From NCBI GenBank assembly GCA_963924565.1, contig OZ004613.1, positions 23,064,001-23,128,000 on the forward strand: a stretch of 64,000 nt of DNA, given 5' to 3'. This DNA comes from Ascidiella aspersa (taxonomy: Eukaryota). The translations under genes and the position numbers were made by a program. The notes beneath the pieces were generated by a model that made no database searches, had not been told where the DNA came from, and was given only the letters and a program-made list of their open reading frames with translations. Of this stretch, positions 1-11,900 are shown in pieces (the first letter of the stretch is position 1; every line of letters begins with the position of its first letter).

Positions 1-314
1 TCTAGGACTTAGCTAGTTAGATATTTTTAAAATTACAGAAAAAATTCAACTGTTACAAACAAAATAAAAACGAGTGATAAATAGACATACAATTGTGCGA
101 TTCTAAGAGTAACTATAATCCACTGCTACAACAGTACTCCGTTTGTAAAATGCGACTCCTAAATTTGGGAGATAAGCTGAGACCTCCACACGAAGGCTAC
201 TCGAGACAGCGTTTCGAATTCAGGCCGTTTTCGTCATGCCGCTATATCCTTACCAAATCTCAATGAAAATGCCTTAATTTTCTAAACATCCAACTCGAAG
301 TGGGCCCGCTGAAG

Positions 315-803
315 GGGACAAGTGCCCGTACCCGGAGCCCGGGGGCCTGGTGTTTTGTCGTCAAATAGCTGCCACAATAGAGAGTGACGTCACGCGGGCA
401 GCTCTCAAAGGGCCCTGGTCAGCGCGTGTGACCGACGGCGGATCGGTTTCGCCCGGCGCGCAAGTTTGCGCGATAAGGTTACCGGGCTTTGCACGCAAAT
501 GCGCGTCGATCGCGGCCTCTTGCAAACAAGCGGTCGGAAGTGAAACTTAAGATCGGCACACAACACGGAGCAAGTGGCTCCCCCCTTCATTTTAGCCCCA
601 CTCCGCACCCGGCATCGGGAACTTTGGGTTGCTGTTTAGGGGTACACGCGCCCACGTCTCTCTCGAAAGCCATCGGCGTTTAAAGGTTTAAGGCGCAGCT
701 GAAAAGAAATGCTGGGCTAATTTGGTGCCAGTCAAGCTGTTACCCGAGGCCGATCAACAGCTCGACGAGGTTTACGCCGAAGTGAACTCCAAGTGCCCGA
801 CTC
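315..803 (+). repeat. Mirror element A, left copy (inverted duplicate of 61735-62220); putative cis-regulatory module
   Basis: About 490 bp with roughly 20 differences (about 95%) to the reverse complement of 61735-62220. The ORF track shows the same spurious ORFs on opposite strands. Contains TGACGTCA, GATAAG and GGAAGTGAAAC. Confidence 0.95.
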
Positions 804-1544
804 ACTGCCCCTCTAACAACGGCTTGTTGCCCGGTAATTATTTCAACTTATCGAGGGTATTGTTACAGCGAGATTCCTCTTCTTTAACTTCTTTTTCAGG
901 ATGTTTCGACACTAGCATATTTGATTTTGACACCGTAAGCGCTTTGGTGGCCGTATGCAACAAAGCTGGTAAACATAACAAAAAAAAGGTAACAACTTTA
1001 ATTTTTATAAATAATTTCCTTCGACATATTTTCGAAAAAGTTCTGTCACATCCACGCATGCTCAGTTTTAAAACTACAAGCCATGAGTTTCATTTAAGGC
1101 GGGATACTTTAATTGGTACTTCACCAGGTAAAATTTGTTCAATTATTTTTGAAATTAGGCAATCTGATCCTAGTATATGTTGTACATAGAGATTAAGTCC
1201 AATGATCCTCACATAACCAATAAAATACGTTATAAACGTTGTAATGTGAAAGTTATTCAGATGTACCATAGAGACTTATTAAAGAAAGAACAGTTTTCCG
1301 CATCACCTTTTACATTTTACATCATCCGTTAACATGCGTATACAGAAGATACAAAATGGCGCCCGAACCTAACTGCTGTTTACTGTTCAGCACACATGGG
1401 TGCAGGGCAGAAAGTGTCAGAAGACAGCGCTCTCTGTTGCCTCAAAACAATGCTGGTGTGCGAAGCGCGGTGAGCGACCAAATGCAAGACACGAACGAGT
1501 AGAACCGGAATTCCTCTTCGCTGCCTTTTCGCCCAAATCCTCAA

Positions 1545-1791
1545 GATAATTTCGCTAATGCGCCAGTCGGCTTTTGCCGTTGGCCTGGGGTTTGCACTGG
1601 GGGCGTTGTAACGCGATCCCCGGCCAGCAATCGAGAGTGCTCTGGGCCGCGGCAAAGTCGTCAATTCTCGTCCGATACGAGGCAAGGCCTTCTATTCAGT
1701 CAGGGGTCGCACACGCCTGATTGAATTCCGCTTCCTAAACGCTCATCGCCGACAAGCGAGGCTGTCAAACTTGTAGTGCGATTTTCTCACG
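1545..1791 (+). repeat. Mirror element B, left copy (inverted duplicate of about 53804-54046)
   Basis: Core 1545-1745 has about 11 differences in 200 bp to the reverse complement of 53847-54046. Weaker motif-level similarity continues to about 2010 <-> 53590. Confidence 0.93.
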
Positions 1792-3059
1792 CCCCCGGTC
1801 CCTTATAACATTGCATATGTAGCTTTCCGCGCCGCTGTGCAATCGCTTCATTTTTGGAGTGCGAGTGATTCAGAGCTCGCGCCTAAGTCAACTCATCCTC
1901 CCCCAGGCCGCTCTACTCGCAGCAAGATTAAGCAGCGCGATTTCCGCTCCGGCTAATGTGGCTGGATTTTGTGTCAACTTGAAAACACCCGACCATTCGT
2001 GCTAATTGACCGCGTGAAGGGAGAACGTGTGTAGGTGTGTAGGTTATGCGTTTATGTATATGCGTGTGTGTGTGTGCCTGGAGAATCGACCCTTAGTGAA
2101 TCACAGTTGCACTTTGGCGGTGGGAACTTGTCCCGTGTATTTAGGGTGACAATAGACATCCTCTGACCCTGAAAAATCAAAGACGTTGAGCTGAATATTA
2201 TTCAGATACAACCAGCGATCCATGCAAGTGTAGCGTTTTATCTATAGCAACTGGATTTCATTACCTTGAAACTGATTTTCTGTTTTAGTGTGTAACATTT
2301 TTTCCGTTTAATTCACCCAAAAAGACAACCAACCAAATAAGTTGCTGTGTTTATTATTTGCCGAAAAGCTAACTCAAATATATATTATCAAGCTTTACAG
2401 ATTGTTTACTTATCTATTAACTTCAGTATTCAACAAATCTTAATTGTACATCTTCGAGGAACGGTTTTAATAAATTTAGTTAACCATTGGGGGAAAACCG
2501 GGACCAGTGAGCAACTTTTCAAACTTTTGCTCACAACTTCTGTAATTCTAAATCAATATGCCCAATTATTGGACAACTGGTGCTACTGTGTTTAAGGGTA
2601 GATTGTGTAGCAGTTTCAAATGATTTACGTTTAAACCGTTTAACTAAGAAGGCAAAAATCGGGGTATCTAAAATGGCTCAAGGGTCCCTCGTAGGCGGGT
2701 CCCTTGAACCACCATGAAGGGACCCATGAGACACGTGTATATTATGTAAGAATTATTTTTGCACTATAAACACATAACGTTTTTCAACGGCTTTGAGCAA
2801 ACAGACAAACGCTTGCACGGTTTACATATTAAAAGCAATTTTTTTAATGGCAAGTGTTTAAAGCTATACCTATTTGGCATTCTTACCTGCTGGAACTCCG
2901 TTTTTCAGAACAATTTGTTTTTGTTATTATTCACATCCAGCGTTTCGAATTATTCAGTGTTAATTGGTGTTATTATATGAACCAGTTTTGCCAATGTTTT
3001 TCACATTAGTTCTACTATCTCTGAAACGCAGTAGTAAAAAAGTATTTTTCGATTAAATT

Positions 3060-3205
3060 GTGGGGGAAGGTTGCCATAATGGGACACTTTTTTCAAATGA
3101 TTATAGTTCTCAGTTTTTACGATGATTTTAAATATTTTCATGCTTACTTGATTACTCTACCTTGAATTGACGTCATCGCGATGTCCCAAATCAGGCAACG
3201 TCCCA
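3060..3205. mobile_element. Short MITE-like element
   Basis: Imperfect terminal inverted repeats GGGAAGGTTGCCATAATGGGACA / TGTCCCAAATCAGGCAACGTCCC. Confidence 0.55.
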
Positions 3206-3859
3206 TTTTAGGGTTCACCTATGGTTTGACACATTATTGATGAATTAGGGGGCAACATGACACTTGGGCAAAATAGATTTGCTTCATATAATAAAAAATT
3301 TGGGCAAATTTTTAGATGATTTTCAAACCAATTTCAAATTGACCCCACAGCTGTATGGAATTTTCGTTTAGCTAAAAGTCATAGGACATATATGTGCATG
3401 GAAACGCAGAGTATAATACGCTTGTCCAATTAAGTAGCAAACGTTGCAAAAAATAGTTTTGCACCATTATTACAATAACCGACGTAAAAACATAAAAATA
3501 GGATTTACAAATTCCCCCCTTGAAACTTCGAAGTTCCCCCTAGGAGTGAATTATAGAACACCTAACACATGTATCCAGCAATAAATATTATGCTTTCTTT
3601 GGGGTAGCATATAAACCTTAGGCGGTATAGTTGAATACGACACGCTATGATAAAAGGTAGTGTTTGTTTTGCGATAAATTCAAGCAAAACCACAAAGGTT
3701 GTAAAAGAGATCCAAAAACAACTTTATTCAACAAAAGCAGAATACTATAGTTACGCAAAAAGCATCGTCAGTTCTGCTAATATACAACAAACACAACGAA
3801 ACACCAAAATTATATATAAATAAAATAAAATTTAGCTTTCCACAGTCAAAATATTGATG

Positions 3860-4255
3860 AAGGCAAGTCGGGCCCATGCGGAAAGTGTGCTTTGTGTGAC
3901 AATTATGGAAAATATAAAACTTCAATGGTTAACTGTTCTAAACAGCTCTACACTCCACAAGGTTATATCAAACTCAAACGCAATCTAACGTGTTCTAACT
4001 ACGGGATTTATGTCGCGACATGTAAATTATGTAAAAATCAGTATGCCGGCCAAACAAAAAATAAATTCTCTACCAGATGGACCGCACATAGAAACCATTG
4101 AAAAAGTTTGACATTTCAGGCAATAATGACCAATCTGCCCTCCTACGACACTACGCCACACATCACAGTAATGAACTATAAAGAAAAACCCCAATACACG
4201 AGTGTTACAATGTAACATTTGTTGCACAACCCGAAATGGTCCAGCTCGACTTTTT
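3860..4255 (+). mobile_element. Penelope-like retroelement relic, GIY-YIG endonuclease fragment
   Basis: Translation CGKCALC...LTCSNYGIYVATCKLCKNQYAGQTKNKFSTRWTAHRNH, followed after a stop/frameshift by NNDQSALLRHY. This is the Cys-rich GIY-YIG pattern of PLEs. No RT is present. Confidence 0.85.
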
Positions 4256-4265
4256 GTGATTTTCC

Positions 4266-4550
4266 TGCATTTGTCCTCAATTAAGGTTACGTCACGCGGT
4301 GTGACTATAGTTGAAATATCTAGAGGGGACGCTCAGAATTCCCTTTCCAAGGACGGCTTCCGGTTATCTGATCTCTAAGCTGTCGAAAAATGTTCATCCG
4401 TCAATGGAGGCAGCGAAGTGCGACCGTGTTGGGTTGCCACTCACCCAGGCCCCAGTCGCAAAGCTCGTGACAGCAATGGGGCGCGGGGCCGAACCCTGTT
4501 TGGGGTTGGGGGTGAAGATGATAGAGCGCAACATCTGTGGGCGAAGTGCC
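4266..4550 (+). repeat. Mirror element C, left copy (inverted duplicate of 50761-51059)
   Basis: Near-identical core of about 120 bp (gaattccctttccaagg...ggccccagtcg) with more diverged edges. Contains adjacent ETS-like TTCCGG and GATA-like TTATCT. Confidence 0.93.
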
Positions 4551-4639
4551 ATGAACAGCCACAACAACCAAAGGGCGGCGTGGTTTGCATAGCGGCAGGA
4601 GAACAGTAGGCTTCTACATCTGTAACGATAAGTCTGCCA

Positions 4640-5190
4640 GACTCCAGACATAAGACCGAAAAAAAACACATTAATGTCGAAATAAAACACAGTTTGGCAT
4701 AAGACCAAAATAGGACTAATACCTTTATTAGTCGTAATTACGTAGAAATAGAAATAAAGTCGTCGGAATAAGACCTAAATGGCCAGAATCAGGCCTATGT
4801 ACAACATTTAATCTAACCCAAACCACACCCTTAAGTACATTTCTAACTCCCCTAACAATTTCAACACTTATTTTTTAACTCAACTCATTACCTTCAAAAA
4901 ATCCCAAACAGGGCTAAAAATTTGGTTCCAAAACAGCGGCTCTAACGGCGCCATTTAAATTTAGGCGCCGTCAACACCAAACCGACCGATGCCAGACCCA
5001 TGGTCCCCGATCGCCACATGGCCTCTCCCTACAGTTCCAGGCCTTATTTTGGCCGTCTATGCCTTATTGCGATGAATTTAGGACTTATCCCGGCAGGGTT
5101 ATGTCTTATTCAGACAATTAAGTTATTATTCTGTCGTGGATATTACTGCACAAGTTGCTTTATTATGCCGTTGGTCTCAATACTATGTTT
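4640..5190. mobile_element. Foldback/non-autonomous DNA element with ATAAGAC-like subterminal repeats; partial direct copy at about 43960-44190
   Basis: Repeated ataagacc words on the left and (g)ycttatt words on the right. The segment gtcggaat(a/g)agacctaaatggcc...ccaaaccaca recurs at about 44038-44160. Confidence 0.55.
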
Positions 5191-5289
5191 TATGGATTTT
5201 TCTGCTTTAGCTATTGTTGCTTTTTACGTCTTGTGTATTGTATGGTCGGCCAACACGGCAATTGTTGCAACTAAGGATGAGCGCCTTTC

Positions 5290-5354
5290 TTCGATGATGA
5301 GCGCAACGCTGTAAATTCGCGCTTGGGTCTAGACTTTTTGCACGCAAATGCGCC
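5290..5354 (+). repeat. Mirror element D, left copy (diverged inverted counterpart at 49382-49456)
   Basis: Collinear blocks ATGAGCGC, TTGGGT and TTTGCACGCAAATGCGCC are shared with the reverse complement of 49382-49456. Confidence 0.65.
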
Positions 5355-8300
5355 TCTCAATCGGGCAATCGAGAAGGCGCCGCGGCGTGCGACGATAATT
5401 GGGAAACGCATGGCTTTCAGGCGGTTTTGCAAACAACACGAAAGAAAGAATTCATTTTTATTGCCAGCAAGGCTCGAAATATTTGCAAATATGTGCATTG
5501 TGCAGGTGCAACCTTGCGTTGTTCAAACCAGCGCACTACCAACAGGAAACAGTTTTGAGGTTTTTGTTGAAGTCTCTCATTGTTCGCGTCAAACTAGTGG
5601 CTAATCATTTTGGTAATATATTACAAAAAACTATACACTGGGCTTTGCACCACATATACTATATACATGTTTTGTAACACAAATTGGTTCAATAATACTC
5701 ATATTTTGTCTCACTATGGAGTCGGTTATCACAAGTAAAACTACTTTACCCTGAAAAAAAATTCCGTATACGGCAACACACACATGCGTACATTTCCAAC
5801 CCTGTTGAATTGTTCATAGGCAGTCACCTTAGCGCCCCTGAAACAATCGGGCAACCATTGCACGGGTGCGCTTGTTGCTGCAGATCGAGTTAACTTTGGT
5901 GCAAAGTCGGTCGGCTGTCGTGCGCTTGTGAATGTCAAGTGGAACGCGTAACCCGAAAATCCGGAAGACGCGCAGCGAATGCAGGTGAGGTAACACTATA
6001 TTGTCGACGAAAGTTGCCAGGTGCGCAGTTTCGGGTAATCGTTTGTCTCTGTTTGTTGGTTTGCACGTAGAAACGGTGATGAGGGGCATTCCAAAGGCCT
6101 ATGGTCATTCAGATTTTGTAGAAATATAGTTTTAGAGCAGTTGCTCATTATTTTACACGTCCAGTCGCCCAGTAGCCAATGGTTTACCAAACCATGTATC
6201 TGTACTAAATGGTTTACCAACTCATGTACTTTGAATCTCGGAAAACGAGTTCGGTATAAGCAATTCTATCGTATTAATATTTTTACAGTAAATTCAGGTC
6301 TAAAGACATGTTATGTCTTTCATTTTTCCCTAATATTCAGAGGTGAAATTGGAATAATTTTCCTACTGAAACGAATAAAAATTTCCTAGAAATGGCTTCA
6401 CAGAGTTACGTCATAACGTTACGTCATAAAACGAGTAACCTTACGCAACCTGAGCCAATATCTGACGATGTCGTGCACAAATGTTCAACAATGTGTGGCC
6501 TGGTAAAAATAAAACATTACGGCGTACTTGCTAGAATTATGTTACCGAAACGCCGTTTCGGACCGTTCTATATGCTTACTTTCACCGCTGTTAATATCGC
6601 TTTAGTCAACGCTGTTAATATTGCTTAAGTATAGCTCGTTCCACAGTGAACAGTTGTGTTCCCGGTCAGCTGTTTGACTCATCGCAAGGGTAATTATGTA
6701 TTGTTTCTGACTTGCAACATACTAGGCTTAAAGGGATTTATGGATGTGGGTGCCTTTTCAAATCGATTTATTACAAAGTTCAACAGCGGACTTCAAGACA
6801 TGTTCGTGATTAGCGCGATAATGTTAGTTAATTGGGGTTCACAATAGTGCCAATTTTTAAAACGTTAATGTTCTGGTTACTTTCATCGCTGTTAATGTTG
6901 TTTTAAGTAGCCCGTTTCACACTGGACAATGGTGTTCCAGGTTAGCTGTTTGACTTTTTACTACACTACCGACTTTAAAACGTAAAATATGTTTTTATTA
7001 CATTTTGCTAGAAAAATGTTTATAGAAAATGTTTATATCACGTACGACCCTATCAAACAACATATCCAAACAAAATATTGACCTCAAACAAAAAAGGACA
7101 TGGGACAATCAAACAAAATAATACATGGCTTAATGAGGCATTCCCCAATAAGTGTGTTACAGGGAAACCCGGCAACATTGCCGTTTTACAAAGAGACGAC
7201 TTCTCGTTAAACGAAACGAAATACTCTCTGCCAGAGCTGTCAAATTAATTTGAAATCGGCGTTGGAAGACATGAGATTTGCAGTAAAACTATACGTTGAA
7301 CCTTGCAGCAATCGGAGCGGGAACTTTAGCAGGCAGTTTCGCAACCTGTCTAGGTGCTAGCACGTCAAACGAGGCTGATTGCCAGCGCAAAAGCACAACA
7401 CAACCCTTGTAGTCGTTTTCCGCTTGCAACATAAAACCTTCACGCAGTAGGCCCTATGCGCTTAAGTCGGCACTTGCTTTCCCGGAAACGGCACTTTGCA
7501 GGTGTGTGCGACCTAATCAGCACGCCCTGCAATACTAATTAAACACCAAACGGTCAATCCTCATTTTCGCAGCAATCTCGGTCAAGCACAATTGTAATAG
7601 CTTGTTGTTGCAAAATTCTGTTGGCAAGATTGCGTTTAGTGACTTTGTTTTATGCCACCTTAATGAATATCATAAAAAGTGCATCTTAGCAACGATGTAG
7701 GCCTATTCAAATTTCAAGATGATAGAAGAGGAAAGATGGATGTCTTGTCCATCTGAAAAAATATGGTATGTAGAGATTTCAAATAAATAATATGTGTTTT
7801 AAATTTGGTTGAAGTTAAACGGATCCAGCAGTTCAGTGTTAAAATGCAAAAGCTACATTTTTAGATAAAGTAATTAACCTCGTTAAAAATGTCGGTTTCG
7901 GGCGGTAGGCTTCAACATGTGTTGCTAACACAGGAAACCTATCAAGCTAAGTCGTAGCAAAAATCAGTCTTTTATTGTTCTGTGACATTGGCATGGAGTG
8001 TGCTCCATTATAAACTTTTTCTTTGATCGGTTCAAAGCAGTAGTATTCAGAAATGAAAAGAAAAAGAAATATTGATAAGAAAAGACAATATGTTTAGCAA
8101 CCTTTAAAAAATGCGAACCAGCCGTGTTTGTGACGTCAACATTACACAAAAATCGTGTTGCGAAAAATGGAGACTTAAACCGTAATTTGAACTAGATAGT
8201 GCATACTTCTGGCGCCAATCCGAACATTTTAGCCTTATTTTAAAACAATCCCTCTAGAAATGGGATCGTTTTCCCAATTTGAATTTGATTAGAGTTATAA

Positions 8301-8623
8301 CGCTTTAGGATTAAGGGATCACTTAACTTTTCTTAAACTAAATAGGGGTATAGTAAAAGCAAAAAGTCAACAAACACTGGTAAATAGGTAAAGGGATGTT
8401 CAGCGTAATGCTGCATTGTAACTAAAGGCCTTGGGTAGGGCAAGGCACCTGGTTAAACTTTTTTAAATGCTACCGATTCTGTTGTATACGGTGTGTTGAA
8501 AACACGTATATGGCAAAAGCCCGTTTTTGTATTTTGCTACATGGCTATTCACGCCGGCAACTTTACAGGGGCCAAAAATCGGCCAAACTCCCGTGTAAAT
8601 AAAAATCATATTTGGAGTTCAGT

Positions 8624-8982
8624 GAATTGGCAACCATAACAATGCAAGTGCGGGCCCAAGCTGAGAAAAGGACTGTTCCGGCCATCTCTAGTCGGTCGCG
8701 AACGCGTAGAGATAAGGGAGCGCGGGTTGGCGAAAAGACAACTTTCTTATCTGTTGCCTGCTGTACACCTTTGTCCACTCAAGTGTTGACTGCTATTGTC
8801 GCGCGAAGCAAGTTATCGGACACAAGTGGGGCTTTTGCGCGGCGCTTGGCCTGCTTTCTCCCCTGCACTTCGCGGACACAATTGGCCCGAGCCTGCTTTC
8901 CTGCCGCGATCGGTCATTATCGCCACAAACAGGTAAATACGGTGTTTTCGAGAGGGCTGATTGGACTGTTTTTACTTTCTCG
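8624..8982 (+). repeat. Mirror element G, left copy (inverted duplicate of 33478-33855)
   Basis: Core 8636-8695 is 58/60 identical to the reverse complement of 33783-33842. Further collinear blocks: AAAAGACAACTTTCTTATCTGTTGCCTGCTG, GTGTTGACTGCTATTGT, GACACAAGTGG, CTTGGCCTGCTTTC, GGTCATTATCGCC and ACTTTCTCG. Confidence 0.92.
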
Positions 8983-11900
8983 ACTTGTCCCAGCACCTGA
9001 GTTGCCAAGTGATTCCTGATCAAACCAGCTGCGGCGTTCGATATCACAACAGCGGTTGACAGGCGTGAGATTCATTTTCTAGGCAATGTTTGACTTTTCG
9101 CTAAATCGGACAAAACTCCTTGAAAAAAAAATGGATGATTTTACGCTGATTTGACACCAATTTGTGGACAATAGCCGCTATTCAACACCACGACAGGAGA
9201 CATACAGACGCTTTCTAACACAAGGCATGATTAATATGGATGTGATGTGTCAAGTATAACTTTTTCCATTGCATTGGTCAAGATGTTAGATATTATTGCA
9301 ACTGTAAGATGCCAATGTTTTTAAATATTTGTCTTTGTTCAATATATTTTACGTTGATGAGCACACCAGGCCTTTTTAAAAATCCGCTTTTGGGCGCTAA
9401 AGATCCCTCATCGTTTTTCTTTTGCAACAGATAAACTGTAGGCACAGACTTTATCAATGACTCCACAGTATAAGCTAAAAATCTCCCATGATAAAATTCG
9501 AAATAATAGTTCCTACATTTACCATCTTGGTAAGTTCAATACATGCTTTGTTTAGTTACTTACCAACGTGGCCTAGTTGTTTTAACGACGTTACTTAGTA
9601 TTCGAAAAATTTCCTCTAATTTAATTTAATTTTTATGTTGGAACGTGTATGGTTTATAGCGTAACAAATATTTGACATTACAACACCGGACTGGTCTATA
9701 TCTACGTTATTATAATGTTACCCAATCATTAAATAAAGTTGCTAAAGCAATATACTCGCTGACTTTTTTTGGATTTTGAGACGTACTCCTAGTATTAAAG
9801 GACATATTCCAGAAAAACAGTTCCTTTTGTTCTTTTCTGAAAGCACCTCTAATTCCAAAAAGTTCGATGCTCACTCTTTTTATATCAGCAAAAAATGACC
9901 ACGCACCCATTGCGTTCAATTTTTTTATGCCATCAAAAAGTTTCGAGCCCTGTCGGCGTTCTCAAAGTTTCATAACGCGCGATGAAAACCCACATATCGA
10001 GTATACACGAAAAGAGAAATCAAGGGAGCAATTGTCGCAAACCCGTCTGTAGCCGTTTTGTTTGAAGTGCGCCTTTACAATAATCCGGGGGGTGACGAAC
10101 AATAACCCAGTTCCCGCGTCGCGCGTCCGGTTCCCTAAGAGTGGCACTCTCGCGCTTTGCACCAGGCACAGGTGGCCCCAGTTAACAGTCACCCCTCGTC
10201 ACTTTGTGGCCAGCCGTCGCGAAACAAATTCGATAAAGCTCGAGTACAATTGTAGCCTGGCCCCTTGAAAAATGACAGGGCCGTTTATCGCGGCAGCGCA
10301 GTGCAAGTGAAGGGCCTTTCGAACTCGCCATCACACGGCCCCGCTTGAGTCCACTCCTCGGCGCACTGGTCGTCTATTTTTTGATATCGGGAAGTTGCTC
10401 GCGCGACCAAGACAAACCGACTCGAGTGCTTCCTTTCTACCCCCCCCAACTACCCTAAAAAAATGCCGCGCGCGCACCCCTTGGATACTCTCTCACGGCG
10501 TGTTGTGCAACTGCGTCGAGTGCAATTGATTCGAGTCCGACACAAACGCGCACACTTCAGATATAAATGTATACATATATTTTTATATGTGCAAGGTTTC
10601 GAAATGAAATGGAATTGAGAGGGATCTGGTGAGCACACTCGAGCGAAACGTGTCGTCTGCGCGAACAAAGTTGACGCGTGTTGAATTGATGCGCCGTTGT
10701 GGTCTTGGCCGGCTTTGTAACATCTGTGGGTCGTCTGAACTGAGCCAAGGTCAAAGACGCCTCGACTCTTTCGGCTGTTTGTTTTAATTTCTCATAAATA
10801 GGGATGCGATACTGTAGATTTTATTCCGATAGCGATACCCGATAATTTTGACTAACAGCATCGCGATCCCTTCCGATTAATAGTGACGTCATGGCTGTGC
10901 TTTAACAGGCAAAATAATAAAGAAAAAACGTTCAAAGGAATTTTTCTACCAGGTTTTTAAACCCAAAATTATTTTAGCGTTAATAAGTTTAGTTACCTTT
11001 AAATAGGTTGTGTATCAACTATTTTTAATTTATTCACATGTCAAGGTAGAATCGCTGCGATGGATTACAAATCACGCCCAAAATTGGAATATTGTTTGTT
11101 ATAGGATCGGCACCGATATTCAGCTCCTCTGGTAAGTGTAATTGTTAAACAACGTTTCGGCAACCATGTGCAAGTCGCCTTCGTAGGCTGTTTTTTATTT
11201 ATATTACCATGCCTGGTAGCAACAGTTTATATATTGGATACCGAGACTGTATTAGGCCTAATAAACTTAAATTCGCTTTACGCCTCTATGGGTAACTCTA
11301 CATTTTCTGAGGTTCATCAACTTCATTAGGGTCCAGCTCCGGCCACCAAACACATATCCAATGGCTTCGGTTTGGTAGTGGTAATTTTTTAAATTTCCAA
11401 CACAGGCTTAATTAAGTTACATTTGTCACACTAAACTGTTTAGTAGTTTTCATGTGAGCAATTTAGAATTCTTGAACGGATAACAATTTTATAGCTTCAA
11501 CTCTCAAACTTTACAAATGGCTATACGACTCCAGCTCAGGCTCAACAAAGAAAATAAAAATGACTTCGGCTGCGGTTAAAATGCTTGGCTACAGAGTTCC
11601 CGCCTTCAACTTCGACTCTCCAGTCCTACATTTTACTCGCATGTTATCCAGGTTCTGCAAATTGGTTAGTGCACAAACTGTAACATGAAGTACAAGAAAT
11701 GCTCCGAAAAAGCCTGGTTTAACATATTTTTAAATGGAAGCAGTTTTTGATATGTTGGATCTGTGGTTCTCACCCTTTTGCTGTCGCGGCGACCTTTTAC
11801 AAACTATACGACCTCCCAATTTGGTGTATTGTACATGAACATTAACCAGATTTTAATCATAATATACAATTTGTCAAAATATTCTCATTTTTATACAGAT

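Noticed and set aside
350-683. Duplicated short ORFs at 350-683 / 61855-62263, 4311-4708 / 50724-51019, 1380-1685 / 53907-54137 and 8612 / 33669
   Set aside because: They have no recognisable domains, use non-ATG starts and shift frame between copies. They are by-products of GC-rich duplicated non-coding DNA.
5840-6020. Direct-orientation word matches to 58586-58722 (AAACAATCGGG, ACGAAAGTTGCC)
   Set aside because: Two short words with inconsistent spacing; about what chance gives in 64 kb.
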